Shown one piece after another: positions 27,704 through 40,134 of a DNA stretch of 64,000 nucleotides. Position 1 is the first letter of the stretch, and each line of letters starts with the position of its first letter. The stretch covers positions 192,001-256,000 of the forward strand of contig JBGARZ010000006.1 of assembly GCA_044229975.1 (NCBI GenBank). Reading direction: 5' to 3'. The translations under genes were made by a program, and so were the position numbers. This stretch comes from Polyangiales bacterium. GTDB taxonomy: Bacteria > Myxococcota_A > Polyangia > Polyangiales > Ga0077539. Under the pieces are notes generated by a model. The model was given only the letters and a program-made list of their open reading frames with translations. It was not told the DNA's origin and did not search any database.

Positions 27704-28756
27704 TCAGCCCGCGGCCTCGTCGTAGCCGACCATGCGGTTCTTGTCCGGGTCCCACAGCTTCAGCGCGAAGGCCGCGCGGATGTCCTTCAGCCGCAGCGAG
27801 GTGCGCCCCGGGTTCTGCAGCTCCGGGATCTCCGCCATCGCCTCGGGCAGCCGATAGAACGGGATCTGCGGGTTGAGGTGGTGCACGTGGTGGTACCCGA
27901 TGTTGCCGGTGAACCAGTGCATCAGCGGCGACATCTCCATGAAGCTCGACGACTCCACGGCGGCGCGCGTGTAGCTCCACGTCTGCCGCGGCTGCACGTG
28001 GATGTCCGGGAAGTTGTGCTGCGCGTAGAAGAGGTACGCCCCCAGCGCCGTGGCGATGGCCACCGACCCGATGACGCCGGTGAGCGCCGCGCCGAAGCCC
28101 AGGAAGTACGTCACCGCGACGATCTGCGCGACGTGCAGCACGAACGCGAGCGCCGAGTCCCAGTGCTTCTTCTTCGCCTTCAAAAACGGCTTCACGCACA
28201 TGCCCAGCAGGAACACCGTGAGGTACCCGCCGCCCACGTTGTACGGCGAGCGCATGAGCCGGTACATCAGCTGCTGCGACGGCGTCGCCTGCCGGTACAT
28301 CGCCGGGGTCAGCATCATGTACGAGCCGATGTGCGAGCCCACCAGCTTCGCCGTGTGCGCGTGATGGTAGTTGTGCGACTCCTTCCAGATGCGCGGGGGC
28401 GTGAGGATCCACAACCCATACGCCCAGACCACCGCGCGGCAGACCCGCGCCCACAGCGCGTTGCCGCGGCACATCGCCGTGTGCATCACGTCATGGAACA
28501 AGATGAACGCGCGCACCGCCACGAGCCCCGTGAACACCGTGAACGGCAGCCGCGCGTACCAGGGCAGCGGCAGCGCCGTCGCGAGCGTGAGCCCGATCGC
28601 CCACAGCCCCAGCGTGCTGGCCACGACCCACACCGTGCGCGCGGGGCTCTCCACCGCGTAGGGCCGCGACGCGTCGATGAGCACCTTGCCCTCGCGGGCG
28701 GTCGACTTCTCGTCAGTCATGTCCGATGAAATGTTGGTGGGCAGCGCGGAGTCCAT
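27704..28756 (-). CDS. Membrane fatty acid desaturase
   Basis: Three His boxes: HDVMH, HNYHH, HHVHH; start uncertain. Confidence 0.92.
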   Translation of the reverse strand: MDSALPTNISSDMTDEKSTAREGKVLIDASRPYAVESPARTVWVVASTLGLWAIGLTLATALPLPWYARLPFTVFTGLVAVRAFILFHDVMHTAMCRGNALWARVCRAVVWAYGLWILTPPRIWKESHNYHHAHTAKLVGSHIGSYMMLTPAMYRQATPSQQLMYRLMRSPYNVGGGYLTVFLLGMCVKPFLKAKKKHWDSALAFVLHVAQIVAVTYFLGFGAALTGVIGSVAIATALGAYLFYAQHNFPDIHVQPRQTWSYTRAAVESSSFMEMSPLMHWFTGNIGYHHVHHLNPQIPFYRLPEAMAEIPELQNPGRTSLRLKDIRAAFALKLWDPDKNRMVGYDEAAG

Positions 28757-28856
28757 GGACGTCTTGCGACGTCGTATAGCCCCGTTGTTCGCGGTGGTGA
28801 AGAACCCCCAACCGATATCTCCCAACGCGCAATAGGCGCGTCACCCGCGCACGTTT

Positions 28857-29720
28857 CTACGCACCTCGATGACCGCGCGTCACGTCGATGATCATGCCCT
28901 CGCGCGCGGCGACAGAGCGCTCGAACGCCCCCTGGGCGCGTCGCTCTTTCGCCACCACCGCGGCGTCATCCTGGTTGGGGTCGTGGTGGTAGAGCACGTA
29001 GGTGCCGACGTTCGCCTCCTGCGCGATGCGGGCGCCGTCCATCATGGTGCTGTGCCCCCAGCCGCGACGCGAGCCGCGGCCGTCACCGCCATCGAGCTCC
29101 TCGGGCGTGAACTGCGCGTCGTAGATGAACACGTCGGCTCCGCGCGCGAGCTCGATGATCGCGCCGTCGTGCAGCGACGAGCTCTCCGTATCCGTCGCGT
29201 ACACCACCGAGTGCCCCTTCCACTCGACCCTCCACGCAAACACCCCATCGGGGTGGTTGCCCTCGACGCCGTACACCACCACGCCATCACCAACGGTCAC
29301 GCGCTGGCGCTGCTGGAGGTCATGGAAGGTGAGCGCGGCCTCGATTTCCTGGAGGTGCACCGGGAAGTACGGGTCGGCCATCTGGCCGCCGAGCGCGTCG
29401 CGCACGGTGCGTCCCTCGCGCTGACCGGCGTGGAGGATGAAGCTGCTCTTGGGGTCGAAGGCGGGCGCGAAGAAAGGAACGCCCTGGATGTGGTCCCAAT
29501 GAACGTGGGAGAAGAAGACGTGCGCCTCGATGGGCCCTTTGTGGCGGAGCGTCTCGCCGAGCTCGCGTAGACCGGTCCCACCATCGAGGATGATGCGCTC
29601 ATCCCCGGCCTGAACCTCGACGCAGCTCGTGTTGCCACCCACCAGGACCGTGCGCGGACCTGGAGTGGCAACACTCCCACGAACCCCCCAGAAGGTGACG
29701 TCGAAACCGTCGTGTCGCAC
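28857..29720 (-). CDS. MBL-fold metallo-hydrolase (phosphodiesterase-like)
   Basis: FWGVRGS, GGNTSC, SHVHWDHIQG, YATDTE, WGHS, HHDP. Confidence 0.9.
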   Translation of the reverse strand: MRHDGFDVTFWGVRGSVATPGPRTVLVGGNTSCVEVQAGDERIILDGGTGLRELGETLRHKGPIEAHVFFSHVHWDHIQGVPFFAPAFDPKSSFILHAGQREGRTVRDALGGQMADPYFPVHLQEIEAALTFHDLQQRQRVTVGDGVVVYGVEGNHPDGVFAWRVEWKGHSVVYATDTESSSLHDGAIIELARGADVFIYDAQFTPEELDGGDGRGSRRGWGHSTMMDGARIAQEANVGTYVLYHHDPNQDDAAVVAKERRAQGAFERSVAAREGMIIDVTRGHRGA

Positions 29721-29766
29721 TGTGCAGGAGTTCTATCCCCCGGTGCGGCGAACGGTCAACGAACGA

Positions 29767-30003
29767 TCAAGCCTGGATCTGGGCGGCCTTCACGCGAGCA
29801 ATGTACGCGCTCATCGGCTCGTCCATGTGCGGCGTGGGGAGCGCGCGGGCGTCTTCGACGCCGAGGCGGTTGGCGGCGCCGGCGAGGTAGCCGCAACGGA
29901 GCGCGGCGCGACGGCTCATCGCCTTCACCGGGCGCTTGTTGAGCTGCGTGGTCACGAAGACCCAGGCGGACTTGTCGGCGGTGCGGAACTTCGGCTTCTG
30001 CAT
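29767..30003 (-). CDS. Small basic hypothetical protein (78 aa)
   Basis: ATG at 30003 preceded by AAGGA; GC3-rich codons; co-oriented between gyrB and the MBL gene. Confidence 0.6.
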   Translation of the reverse strand: MQKPKFRTADKSAWVFVTTQLNKRPVKAMSRRAALRCGYLAGAANRLGVEDARALPTPHMDEPMSAYIARVKAAQIQA

Positions 30004-30086
30004 GACGATCCTTCTAGAAACGAGGGAGGCGGTAGGTACCCGACGACCGGAGTTCCTGTCAAATGGGACTCCCGACGGTCTGAGCC

Positions 30087-32639
<2,553 letters not shown>

Positions 32640-32659
32640 TCAACGACAGATTATGTCCA

Positions 32660-33751
32660 TCACCGCTGCCCGGCGGACACGGTTCCGTCGGTCACCAGGA
32701 AGCGCCGCGCGTCGGGCAGGAGGGACGCGATGGCGGGGTCGGTGGTGGTCACGAACACCTGCGCGCCGAGGGTCGCCACGAGCTTGAACAGACGTGCGGT
32801 TCGCTCGCGGTCGAGCTCGCTCGACACGTCGTCGAGGAGCAGCACCGGGACGGCGCGGGTGCGGGCTTCGAGCACGTGCAGCTCGGCGAGGCGCAGCGCG
32901 AGGGCGAGGGCGCGGGTCTGCCCCTGGCTGGCCACCACGCGGGCCGGGAGACCCGACCACGAGATGGCCAGGTCGTCGCCGTGCGGGCCGAGCGCGGTGC
33001 TGCGGCGGGCGAGGTCGCGCGGCATCCCCTCGACGAGGGCAGCGAGGAAGGCGATCTGGTCGGTGGTGGCGCGCGGCACGTAGCCGAGCTCGATGGCGTC
33101 GGGGCTGAGCGCGACCTCGTCGAGCGCCCTCCGCGCGGCCGGAACGAGGTCTTGCACCAGCGTGGTGCGAGCGCGGGTGAGGGCGCTGCCGTAGCGCGCG
33201 AGCGGGAGGTCGAAGGCCTGGATGGCCTTGGTGTTGGGGTGCCGCTCGCGGAGCAGCGCGTTGCGGGCGCGCAGGGCCTTGCCGTACGACTTGAGCGCCT
33301 CGCCGTACCCGTCGACGGTGCGCACCAGGATGCGGTCGAGGAGGCGGCGACGCAGCTCCGGGGCGCCCCGTATGAGGTCGAGGTCGCCGGGGTGGAACAC
33401 CACGCACGCGGCGCCCGAGAAGTAGTCCATGGCGCGCTCGGGTCGCTTGCCGTCGACGGTGATGTCGCGGGCGTTGCGGGCGAGCCGGGCGCGGTACTCC
33501 CTCGCGGGCAGCGGGCCGCCCACCTTGAGCATCACCTGGGCGAGCTTCACGTCGTGGCCGACGAGCTGCGTTCGCGTGGCGCCGCGGAAGGAGCGCAGCG
33601 AGGCGACGTAGTCGATGGCTTCGAGGACGGAGGTCTTGCCGTGGCCGTTGTCGCCGAGGAGCACGTTGCCCGTCGGCGCCGGCGAGAGCGTCACGCCGCA
33701 GAGGTTGCGAAACCCGTCGACGTTGAGCTCGGTGATGCGGAGCGGGGTCAG
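32660..33751 (-). CDS. recF: DNA replication/repair protein RecF
   Basis: FRNL, GDNGHGKT, GPHGDDL, SQGQTR, LLLDDVSSELD; conserved N-terminus extends upstream of GTG 33694 to a CTG at 33751. Confidence 0.93.
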   Translation of the reverse strand: MTPLRITELNVDGFRNLCGVTLSPAPTGNVLLGDNGHGKTSVLEAIDYVASLRSFRGATRTQLVGHDVKLAQVMLKVGGPLPAREYRARLARNARDITVDGKRPERAMDYFSGAACVVFHPGDLDLIRGAPELRRRLLDRILVRTVDGYGEALKSYGKALRARNALLRERHPNTKAIQAFDLPLARYGSALTRARTTLVQDLVPAARRALDEVALSPDAIELGYVPRATTDQIAFLAALVEGMPRDLARRSTALGPHGDDLAISWSGLPARVVASQGQTRALALALRLAELHVLEARTRAVPVLLLDDVSSELDRERTARLFKLVATLGAQVFVTTTDPAIASLLPDARRFLVTDGTVSAGQR

Positions 33752-33754
33752 ATC

Positions 33755-34888
33755 TCAGATCCGCATCGGCATGATGACGCCGAGGTAGTCGTCGCGGCCG
33801 ACGGGCTTGATCATCCCGGGGTCGAGCTCGCCCGACAGCTCCAGCGCGACCTCTTCGGAGGTGAGCGCGCTCAGGGCGTCGGTGAGGTACTTGCTGTTGA
33901 AGCCGATGGTCACGTCGGGGCCCTGGAGCGACGCGTCGATCTCGTCGCTGCCGGCGCCGATCTCGGGGTTTTCGCTCGTGATGAGCATGCGCGACGAGTT
34001 GACCTGGAGCTTCACGCCGCTGGTGCGATCGGAGGCCACGAGGGACACCGCGCGCAGGGCGTCGAGGAGGGCGGTGCGCGATGCTGTCACGGTGCGATCC
34101 GTCGCCGACGGAATGACCTGCTCGTAGGACGGGAAGGCCGCGTCGACGAGCTTCGACGAGAGGGTCATCCCGTCGCGCTGGAAGAACACCGGGCCCTGCG
34201 AGCTGACGGCGCCGATGCCCACGGTGAGCGGGCCCGAGTTGCCTTCCTTCTTCTCGGCGCGCAGCTCGTCGACCATGCGCTTGAGCTCGTGCACGGCCTT
34301 GGCGGGGATGAGCAGCTTGCTGCTGCCCTTCATGCCGTCGATCTTGCGTTCGGCCTTCGAGAGCCGGTGGCCGTCGGTGGTGACCACGCGCAGGACGTCA
34401 CCCGCCAGCTCGAAGAGCGCGGCCGAGAGGTGCGGCCGGGTGTCGTCCGCGGACATCGAGAACTGCGTGAGCGCGATGAGCTCGGCGACGTCGTCGGCGG
34501 GCACCTGGGTGAGCGTGACCTTGGTCGCGTCGGGCAGCGTGGGGAAGTCCTCGCCGGGCATGCCCGAGAGGTCGAAGCGGCGCTTGCCGGACTTGATGCG
34601 GGCGGAGAAGTTCTTCTCCACGGTGACGGTCACGTCGCCGTCGGGGAGCACCTTCACGACGTCGAAGACGTGCCGCGCGGGGAGCGCCACGGTGCCGCCC
34701 TTGCGAACGTCGACCTTGCAGTGGGCCGTCACCGCCAGGGTGAGGTCGGTGGCCGCGAGGCGCAGGCCCGACCCGTCGGCCACGATGAGCACGTTGCTCA
34801 AGATGGGCATCGCCGACTTCTTGTCGGCCACGCTCTGCACCCGGCTGAGGGCCTTCACGAACTCCCGCTTGTTGACCACGAACTCCAT
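33755..34888 (-). CDS. dnaN: DNA polymerase III beta sliding clamp
   Basis: MPILSNVL, ATDL, TDGHRL, FPSYEQVIP, IGFNSKYL, VIMPMRI. Confidence 0.98.
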   Translation of the reverse strand: MEFVVNKREFVKALSRVQSVADKKSAMPILSNVLIVADGSGLRLAATDLTLAVTAHCKVDVRKGGTVALPARHVFDVVKVLPDGDVTVTVEKNFSARIKSGKRRFDLSGMPGEDFPTLPDATKVTLTQVPADDVAELIALTQFSMSADDTRPHLSAALFELAGDVLRVVTTDGHRLSKAERKIDGMKGSSKLLIPAKAVHELKRMVDELRAEKKEGNSGPLTVGIGAVSSQGPVFFQRDGMTLSSKLVDAAFPSYEQVIPSATDRTVTASRTALLDALRAVSLVASDRTSGVKLQVNSSRMLITSENPEIGAGSDEIDASLQGPDVTIGFNSKYLTDALSALTSEEVALELSGELDPGMIKPVGRDDYLGVIMPMRI

Positions 34889-34944
34889 CGCTCACTCTGT
34901 CCTTCGGTCGGGCTCTGCGTCCCGTCCCGGGTGCTTCGGTCTGT

Positions 34945-35180
34945 CTTCTCTAATCAGAGAGAATTTAATTCTTAAAGAACAGTAGTAGTCATGAGTCCTG
35001 TGGAGACAGTGGAAAACACCGTTTCTACCGTCTCCGCCGCGCTCTCGGCTGGGGAGAGTCGCCGGGGCCCCTCCTGTGGAAGCGCCGGGGACAATCCGCA
35101 CCCTACGCCATCCACAGCTTCATCCACAGGAACCGTCACCAGGGATTCGCCCGGTGCTGCCCACAGGGTTTTCCCCAGCG
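34945..35180. other. Chromosomal replication origin oriC (dnaA-dnaN intergenic part)
   Basis: AT-rich 34945-34980; agtagtagt trio repeats 34981-34989; tandem DnaA-box-like tgtggagac/agtggaaaa 34999-35016; further (t)ccaca boxes to ~35180. Confidence 0.85.
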
Positions 35181-35230
35181 GGGTGTTTCGGGCCGCGGTA
35201 TGCCACCGGGCGGGGGTCAGCGTCCACCCT

Positions 35231-36736
35231 TCAGCCCTCCGCCCCGACCGCCACGTCCAGCACCGGCGCGGCGAAGCCCAGCTTCAGCGAGATGGCCTCC
35301 AGGGCCGCCGCCACCTCGGGGTCTTCCTTCCGGAGCTGGGCCACCTTCTTCACCGACGACATGACGGTGGTGTGGTCCTTCCCGTTGAAGCGGTGCCCGA
35401 TCTGCGGAAACGACGTCCCCAGGTGCGTACGCGCCAGGTACATCGCCACCTGCCGGGGGAGCGCCACCTCGCGGTGACGGTCCTTCCCCACGAGCTGCGC
35501 CAGCTTGATGCGGTAGTGCTCGCACACCGCCCGCTGCACGTCCTCGACGGTGGTCACCGCGGGCTTCGACCCGATGCGCAGGGTCTCCCGCGCCAGGGTC
35601 GAGTCGATGACCCCCGTGCGGCCCCCGAGGCTCGCGCGAATCGACAGCTTCATCAGCATGCCTTCGAGCTCGCGCACGTTGGATCCCGCGCTCGCGATGA
35701 GCGCCGCCGTCTCGTCGTCGAGGCGCACCCCGTCCTGCTCGGCCTTCTTCCGCAGGATCGCGATGCGCGTCTCCAGCTCCGGCGGATACACCTCCGCGAC
35801 GAGCCCGCTCGCGAAGCGCGAGAGCAGGCGCTCGGCCATGCCGTGGAGGTTCTGCGGCAGCACGTCGCTCGTCAGGACGATGGGGATGTCCTTCTGGTAG
35901 AGCGCGTTGAAGGTGTGGAAGAACTCCTCCTGGGTGCCTTCGCGGCCCGCGAGAAACTGCACGTCGTCGATGAGCAGCCCGTCGCACTCGTTGCGGTAGC
36001 GCGCGCGAAACTCCTCCATGCGCTTCTGCTGGATGGAGGCCACGTACTCGTTGGTGAAGGTCTCCGCGCTCACGTAGACGATCTTCGCGCCGGGCTTCTG
36101 CTCCAGGATGCGGTGCCCGATCGCGTTGGAGAGGTGGGTCTTGCCGAGGCCCGTGCCCCCGCAGAGGAAGAGCACGTTGACGCGCCGGCCCGCGAGGTTG
36201 GACATGGCCTGGGCCATGGCGTGGGCGACGTTGTTGGACGGCCCCATCACGAAGGTGTCGAAGGTGTACTTGGGCGACAGCCCGCACGCGGCCGACCCGC
36301 TCGCCGAGCCCGGGTTGTGGACAGGAGCGGGAGCCTTCGTCGACACCGGCGGCGCGAGCGCACGCGACGGCGCGGCGGGCGTCACGCTGACAGGCGCGGG
36401 CGCGGGTGACGGACGCGACACCGGGGCGGGCGCGGGACGCGCCGCGGGGCGAGGAACAGGCGGCGGCGGCGGACGGACCGCGGTCTTCGGGCTGGCCGAC
36501 CAGTGCACCGACCACGGCTGGCCGGTGAGGTAGCGCAGGGTCTCCTCGATGACCGGGACGTAGCCCTTGGTCACCCACTCGCGGGTGAAGTCGTTGGGCG
36601 CGCGCAGGAGCAGCGCCCCGTCGGCGGCGTCGAGCGGCTCCAGCGGTCGCAGGAGCTTGTCGATCATCTGCTCGCCCACGCGCCCGCGGAGGGCTTCGAG
36701 CACCTTGTCCCAGAGCGTCCTGGCTTCGTCACCCAC
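35231..36736 (-). CDS. dnaA: Chromosomal replication initiator DnaA
   Basis: YTFDTFV, GGTGLGKTHL, LLIDDVQFL, QEEFFHTFN, NVRELEG, KDHTTV; GTG start at 36736. Confidence 0.98.
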   Translation of the reverse strand: MGDEARTLWDKVLEALRGRVGEQMIDKLLRPLEPLDAADGALLLRAPNDFTREWVTKGYVPVIEETLRYLTGQPWSVHWSASPKTAVRPPPPPVPRPAARPAPAPVSRPSPAPAPVSVTPAAPSRALAPPVSTKAPAPVHNPGSASGSAACGLSPKYTFDTFVMGPSNNVAHAMAQAMSNLAGRRVNVLFLCGGTGLGKTHLSNAIGHRILEQKPGAKIVYVSAETFTNEYVASIQQKRMEEFRARYRNECDGLLIDDVQFLAGREGTQEEFFHTFNALYQKDIPIVLTSDVLPQNLHGMAERLLSRFASGLVAEVYPPELETRIAILRKKAEQDGVRLDDETAALIASAGSNVRELEGMLMKLSIRASLGGRTGVIDSTLARETLRIGSKPAVTTVEDVQRAVCEHYRIKLAQLVGKDRHREVALPRQVAMYLARTHLGTSFPQIGHRFNGKDHTTVMSSVKKVAQLRKEDPEVAAALEAISLKLGFAAPVLDVAVGAEG

Positions 36737-36750
36737 GGCGGTACAACACC

Positions 36751-36900
36751 CTGTCCACAACGTTTTCCACAGCCCCAGGCCACAGCTCACCCGGAGGACG
36801 CTGAGCATCGCGGATGATCGCTGTGGGCGCGAGAAATCGACGACGACGCCCCTCGGGGTGAGAGGGGTTATCCACAGGGTGTGACGGGGGCTGTGGAAAA
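36751..36900. promoter_or_regulatory. DnaA-box cluster upstream of dnaA
   Basis: Perfect TTATCCACA at 36868-36876; ctgtccaca 36751, ttttccaca 36763, tgtggaaaa 36892. Confidence 0.88.
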
Positions 36901-36949
36901 CCCGCCGGGAAGTAGACAGGGTCGGCGGGGCGTTCTATCCGCGGCATCC

Positions 36950-37855
36950 ATGGAGCTCACCGTCCTCTCCCGAACGCTCTGCTGCGCCGTGGCCCTGGCG
37001 TTGGTCCCGTCCGTGGCCTCGGGGCAGGTGCAGACCGCGCCAGAGATGCCCGTCACGGCGCGCACCATGGCTCTCGGTGGAGGCACGCACGCCATCGCGC
37101 AGAGCACCTCGGCGCTCTACGTCAACCCCGCGGCCATGGGGATGTCGCGCGTCTACCACGTCGACACCTCGGTGCTGTGGGACCCGTCGACCGATCGCTG
37201 GGGGTTCGGCGGCGCGGTGGTCGACTCGACGCGCCGGGTGGGCGCCGGGCTCGCGTACCACTACTCGCTGCTCGACGGCGACACGCGCAACCACGACTTC
37301 CGCATCGGGCTGTCCGCGTCCATCACCGACGGCGTGAGCCTCGGCGTCACCGGCCGGTACATGGACTACGTGGGCGTCCCCTCGACGCTGAACGCCAACA
37401 ACGTCCGCATCCGGGGCACCGAGTACTCGGGCTTCACGGTGGACGTGGGCCTCGCGCTCAAGCCGTTTCCGTGGCTGGTGCTGGGCGTCACGGGCTACTC
37501 GCTGAGCAACCCCGACACGGCCCTGTCGCCGCTCTCCATCGGCGGCGGCATCGGCGTCGTCCCGACCGACACGCTGCACATCGTGGCCGACACGGTGTGG
37601 GACCTGACGTCCTTCGCCGACGGTCCGCGCGCGCGCTGGTCGGGCGGCGTGGAGTTTCTGGCGGGCCGGGTTCCGCTGCGCGTCGGCTACACCTACGACG
37701 ACGTGCGGCTGATCAACCCGGTGCACCTCGTCACGGCGGGCCTCGGGTACATCGACCAGATGTTCGCGGCGGAGCTGTCGATGCGGCAGGAGGTCTCCGG
37801 GGGCTCGCAGACGACGCTGCTGCTCAACCTCCGCTACTTCCACCGCATTCTGTAG
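36950..37855 (+). CDS. Outer-membrane beta-barrel protein (PorV/FadL-like N-terminus)
   Basis: Signal peptide; ARTMALGG...ALYVNPAAM motif; alternating amphipathic strands. Confidence 0.7.
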   Translation: MELTVLSRTLCCAVALALVPSVASGQVQTAPEMPVTARTMALGGGTHAIAQSTSALYVNPAAMGMSRVYHVDTSVLWDPSTDRWGFGGAVVDSTRRVGAGLAYHYSLLDGDTRNHDFRIGLSASITDGVSLGVTGRYMDYVGVPSTLNANNVRIRGTEYSGFTVDVGLALKPFPWLVLGVTGYSLSNPDTALSPLSIGGGIGVVPTDTLHIVADTVWDLTSFADGPRARWSGGVEFLAGRVPLRVGYTYDDVRLINPVHLVTAGLGYIDQMFAAELSMRQEVSGGSQTTLLLNLRYFHRIL

Positions 37856-37890
37856 TCGTCCGCGAGAGCGCCTGAAGCGCGCGGTTGGAT

Positions 37891-38020
37891 AAGAAGCCGC
37901 AAGGGCGCGAGGGTCGCAAGGGAAAGACGGGATCGGGCGGTGTATTGAGGTCGAGCCGCACCACCTGACCCTGAATCCCTCTCACCTTCTGATCCCTTGC
38001 GACCCCTGCGCCCTTGCGGC
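37891..38020. repeat. Inverted repeat of the gccgcaagggcgcgagggtcgcaaggga family, copy 2
   Basis: 37896-37923 versus reverse complement of 37993-38020 (2 mismatches in 28); left arm nearly identical to 24461-24496. Confidence 0.88.
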
Positions 38021-38034
38021 CAATTTTCTGGTCG

Positions 38035-39021
38035 CTACCAACGCAGAACGATCTTCCCCACGGTCTCGTCGCGCGCCATCCGCTGATGCGCCTCCCGAAC
38101 CTCCGTCATCGGCAACACGGCATCGACCACCGGCCGCAGCGCCCCTCGCGCGAAGCCCGGTAGCACCGCCCGCGTGAACCCACGCGCCAGCGCGATCTTC
38201 TCCTCCAGCGCCCGGCTTCGCAGCACCGTTCCCTTGATGGTCACCCGTCGCGAGAGCGCGAGCCCCAATGGCAGCGTCGCCGTGCCGCCGCCCACCGTCG
38301 CGAGCAGCACCACCCGCGCGCCCACCGCCACGCACCGCAGGCTCTCCGCCACGTAGTCCCCACCCACCAGGTCGATCACCACCGTCGCGCCCGCTCCGCC
38401 CGTGAGCGCCGTCACCGCGTCGGCGAAGCGCCCGTCCTTCGCGACCACCGACTCCTCCAGACCCCACTCGCGGCACCGCGCCAGCTTCGCTTCGTTGCGA
38501 CCCGTCCCGATCACCCGGGCGCCCATCAGCCGCGCGATCTGCGTCGCGGCCGTCCCCACGCCGCTCGCCGCCGCGTGCACGAGCACCACGTCGCCCATCC
38601 CCGCGCCCGCTTGCACCAGCGCATCCCACGCCGTCGCGAATGCCTCTGGGATGCTCGCCGCGTCCGTCAACGCCATCCCCTCCGGAACCACCATCAGCTC
38701 GCGGTGGTGCACCACCAGCGCCTCGGCCATCGCGCCGCCGCCGACGAGCCCCATCACGCGATCGCCCACCGCGACGCCCCGCACCTCCGCGCCCAACGCC
38801 TCGACCACGCCCGCGTACTCCAACCCCGGAACATCCGGCAGCACCCCGGGCGGCGCCGGATACACCCCCGCGCGTTGCATCAGGTCGGCGCGGTTGAGCC
38901 CCGCCGCCTCGACCCGCACCCGCACCTCGCCGGGGCCCGGGTCGCGCAGCGACACCTTGCCGAGCTCCAGCACGTCGACATCCCCAGGCTCACGAATACG
39001 CACGGCGCGAACGGTCGTCAT
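38035..39021 (-). CDS. NAD(P)H-quinone oxidoreductase (PIG3/zeta-crystallin family)
   Basis: GLNRADL, PGLEYAG, HAAASGVG, GKIVL. Confidence 0.92.
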   Translation of the reverse strand: MTTVRAVRIREPGDVDVLELGKVSLRDPGPGEVRVRVEAAGLNRADLMQRAGVYPAPPGVLPDVPGLEYAGVVEALGAEVRGVAVGDRVMGLVGGGAMAEALVVHHRELMVVPEGMALTDAASIPEAFATAWDALVQAGAGMGDVVLVHAAASGVGTAATQIARLMGARVIGTGRNEAKLARCREWGLEESVVAKDGRFADAVTALTGGAGATVVIDLVGGDYVAESLRCVAVGARVVLLATVGGGTATLPLGLALSRRVTIKGTVLRSRALEEKIALARGFTRAVLPGFARGALRPVVDAVLPMTEVREAHQRMARDETVGKIVLRW

Positions 39022-39064
39022 GCCGACGAGTCAATCACCGCGGACGGCGTGGTCGCAACGGCGG

Positions 39065-39868
39065 TCAGCGCAGACCGAAGAGCGCCCGCGCGTTGGCCGT
39101 GGTGACCGCGGCGACGTGCTCGACGGACTGCGCGCGAAACGCCGCGACGGAGCGGACGATGACCGGGAGGTCGCCGGGTTCGCAGCGCCGGTCGGAGCGA
39201 TCGACGCCGGTGGGGAGCTGGTCGGGCGCGTCGGTCTCGACGAGCAGCCGGTTGTCGGGGACGGCCTTCACGCTGTCGACGGGCGCGCGGGCGCGGGGCC
39301 GGGTGACGGCGCCGCCGAAGGAGAGGTGAAACCCGAGCGCCGTCCACGCGCGCACCAGCTCGGGGCCGCCCGAGTAGCTGTGCACCATGCCCGGCCGCGA
39401 CGGCAGCGCGACGGTCTTGAGCAGCGCGAGCGCCAGCGCGTGCGAGCGCACCACGTGGAGGATCAGCGGCAGGTCGAGCTCGGCCGCCACCGCGACCTGG
39501 GCCATGAATACGTGACGTTGTAAGAGCGGGTCGACGCCGGCCGGGTCGAGGGACGCGTCGAGGCCGCACTCGCCGATGGCGACGACCCGGTCGCGGTGCG
39601 CGCGCACGGTGGCGGCGAGGTCGCCGAGGGCGCGGTCGAGGGCGGTGCGGGAGAGCGTGAGCAGCGCCTGCGGGTGGACGCCGAGGGCGATGGAGCGCTC
39701 GCCCGGGAGGGCGCAGTCGAGGGTGGCGCGCCAGGTGTCGGGGCGTATCGCGGGGACGATCGCGCGGGTGACGCCCTGCTCGCGGGCGCGCGCCCAGACG
39801 GCCTCGCGGTCGCTGGCGAACGTGGGGAGGTCGAGGTGGCAGTGCGCGTCGACGAGGTCGGCGCTCAC
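39065..39868 (-). CDS. tatD: TatD family hydrolase
   Basis: DAHCHL, GVHP, AIGECGLD, VHSYSG, LVETDAP. Confidence 0.92.
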   Translation of the reverse strand: MSADLVDAHCHLDLPTFASDREAVWARAREQGVTRAIVPAIRPDTWRATLDCALPGERSIALGVHPQALLTLSRTALDRALGDLAATVRAHRDRVVAIGECGLDASLDPAGVDPLLQRHVFMAQVAVAAELDLPLILHVVRSHALALALLKTVALPSRPGMVHSYSGGPELVRAWTALGFHLSFGGAVTRPRARAPVDSVKAVPDNRLLVETDAPDQLPTGVDRSDRRCEPGDLPVIVRSVAAFRAQSVEHVAAVTTANARALFGLR

Positions 39869-40134
39869 GAGGGCGCCGCGCCGGTCGCGACGGCGCGAGC
39901 GAAGGCTTCGCGCACGGCGACGGTGGCGCTCACGAGGCGGCCGCGCACCACGAAGGCGTCGCCGTCCTTGTGTGAACCGGCGACCTTGAGCGTGAACGTG
40001 TGCGCGTCATCGAGGGTGCCCTGCGCGGGCGCCCCGGGCGGAAACGGCCGCGTCGAGCGAACCGTCACCAGCAGCGCATCCGCCGTGAGCACCGCGCCCT
40101 CGCCCTGTCCCGACCAACGAACCTGTCCGCTCAA
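39865..40134 (-). CDS. Small hypothetical protein
   Basis: TTG start overlaps smpB stop and its stop overlaps the tatD start, suggesting translational coupling on both sides. Confidence 0.65.
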   Translation of the reverse strand: MSGQVRWSGQGEGAVLTADALLVTVRSTRPFPPGAPAQGTLDDAHTFTLKVAGSHKDGDAFVVRGRLVSATVAVREAFARAVATGAAPS

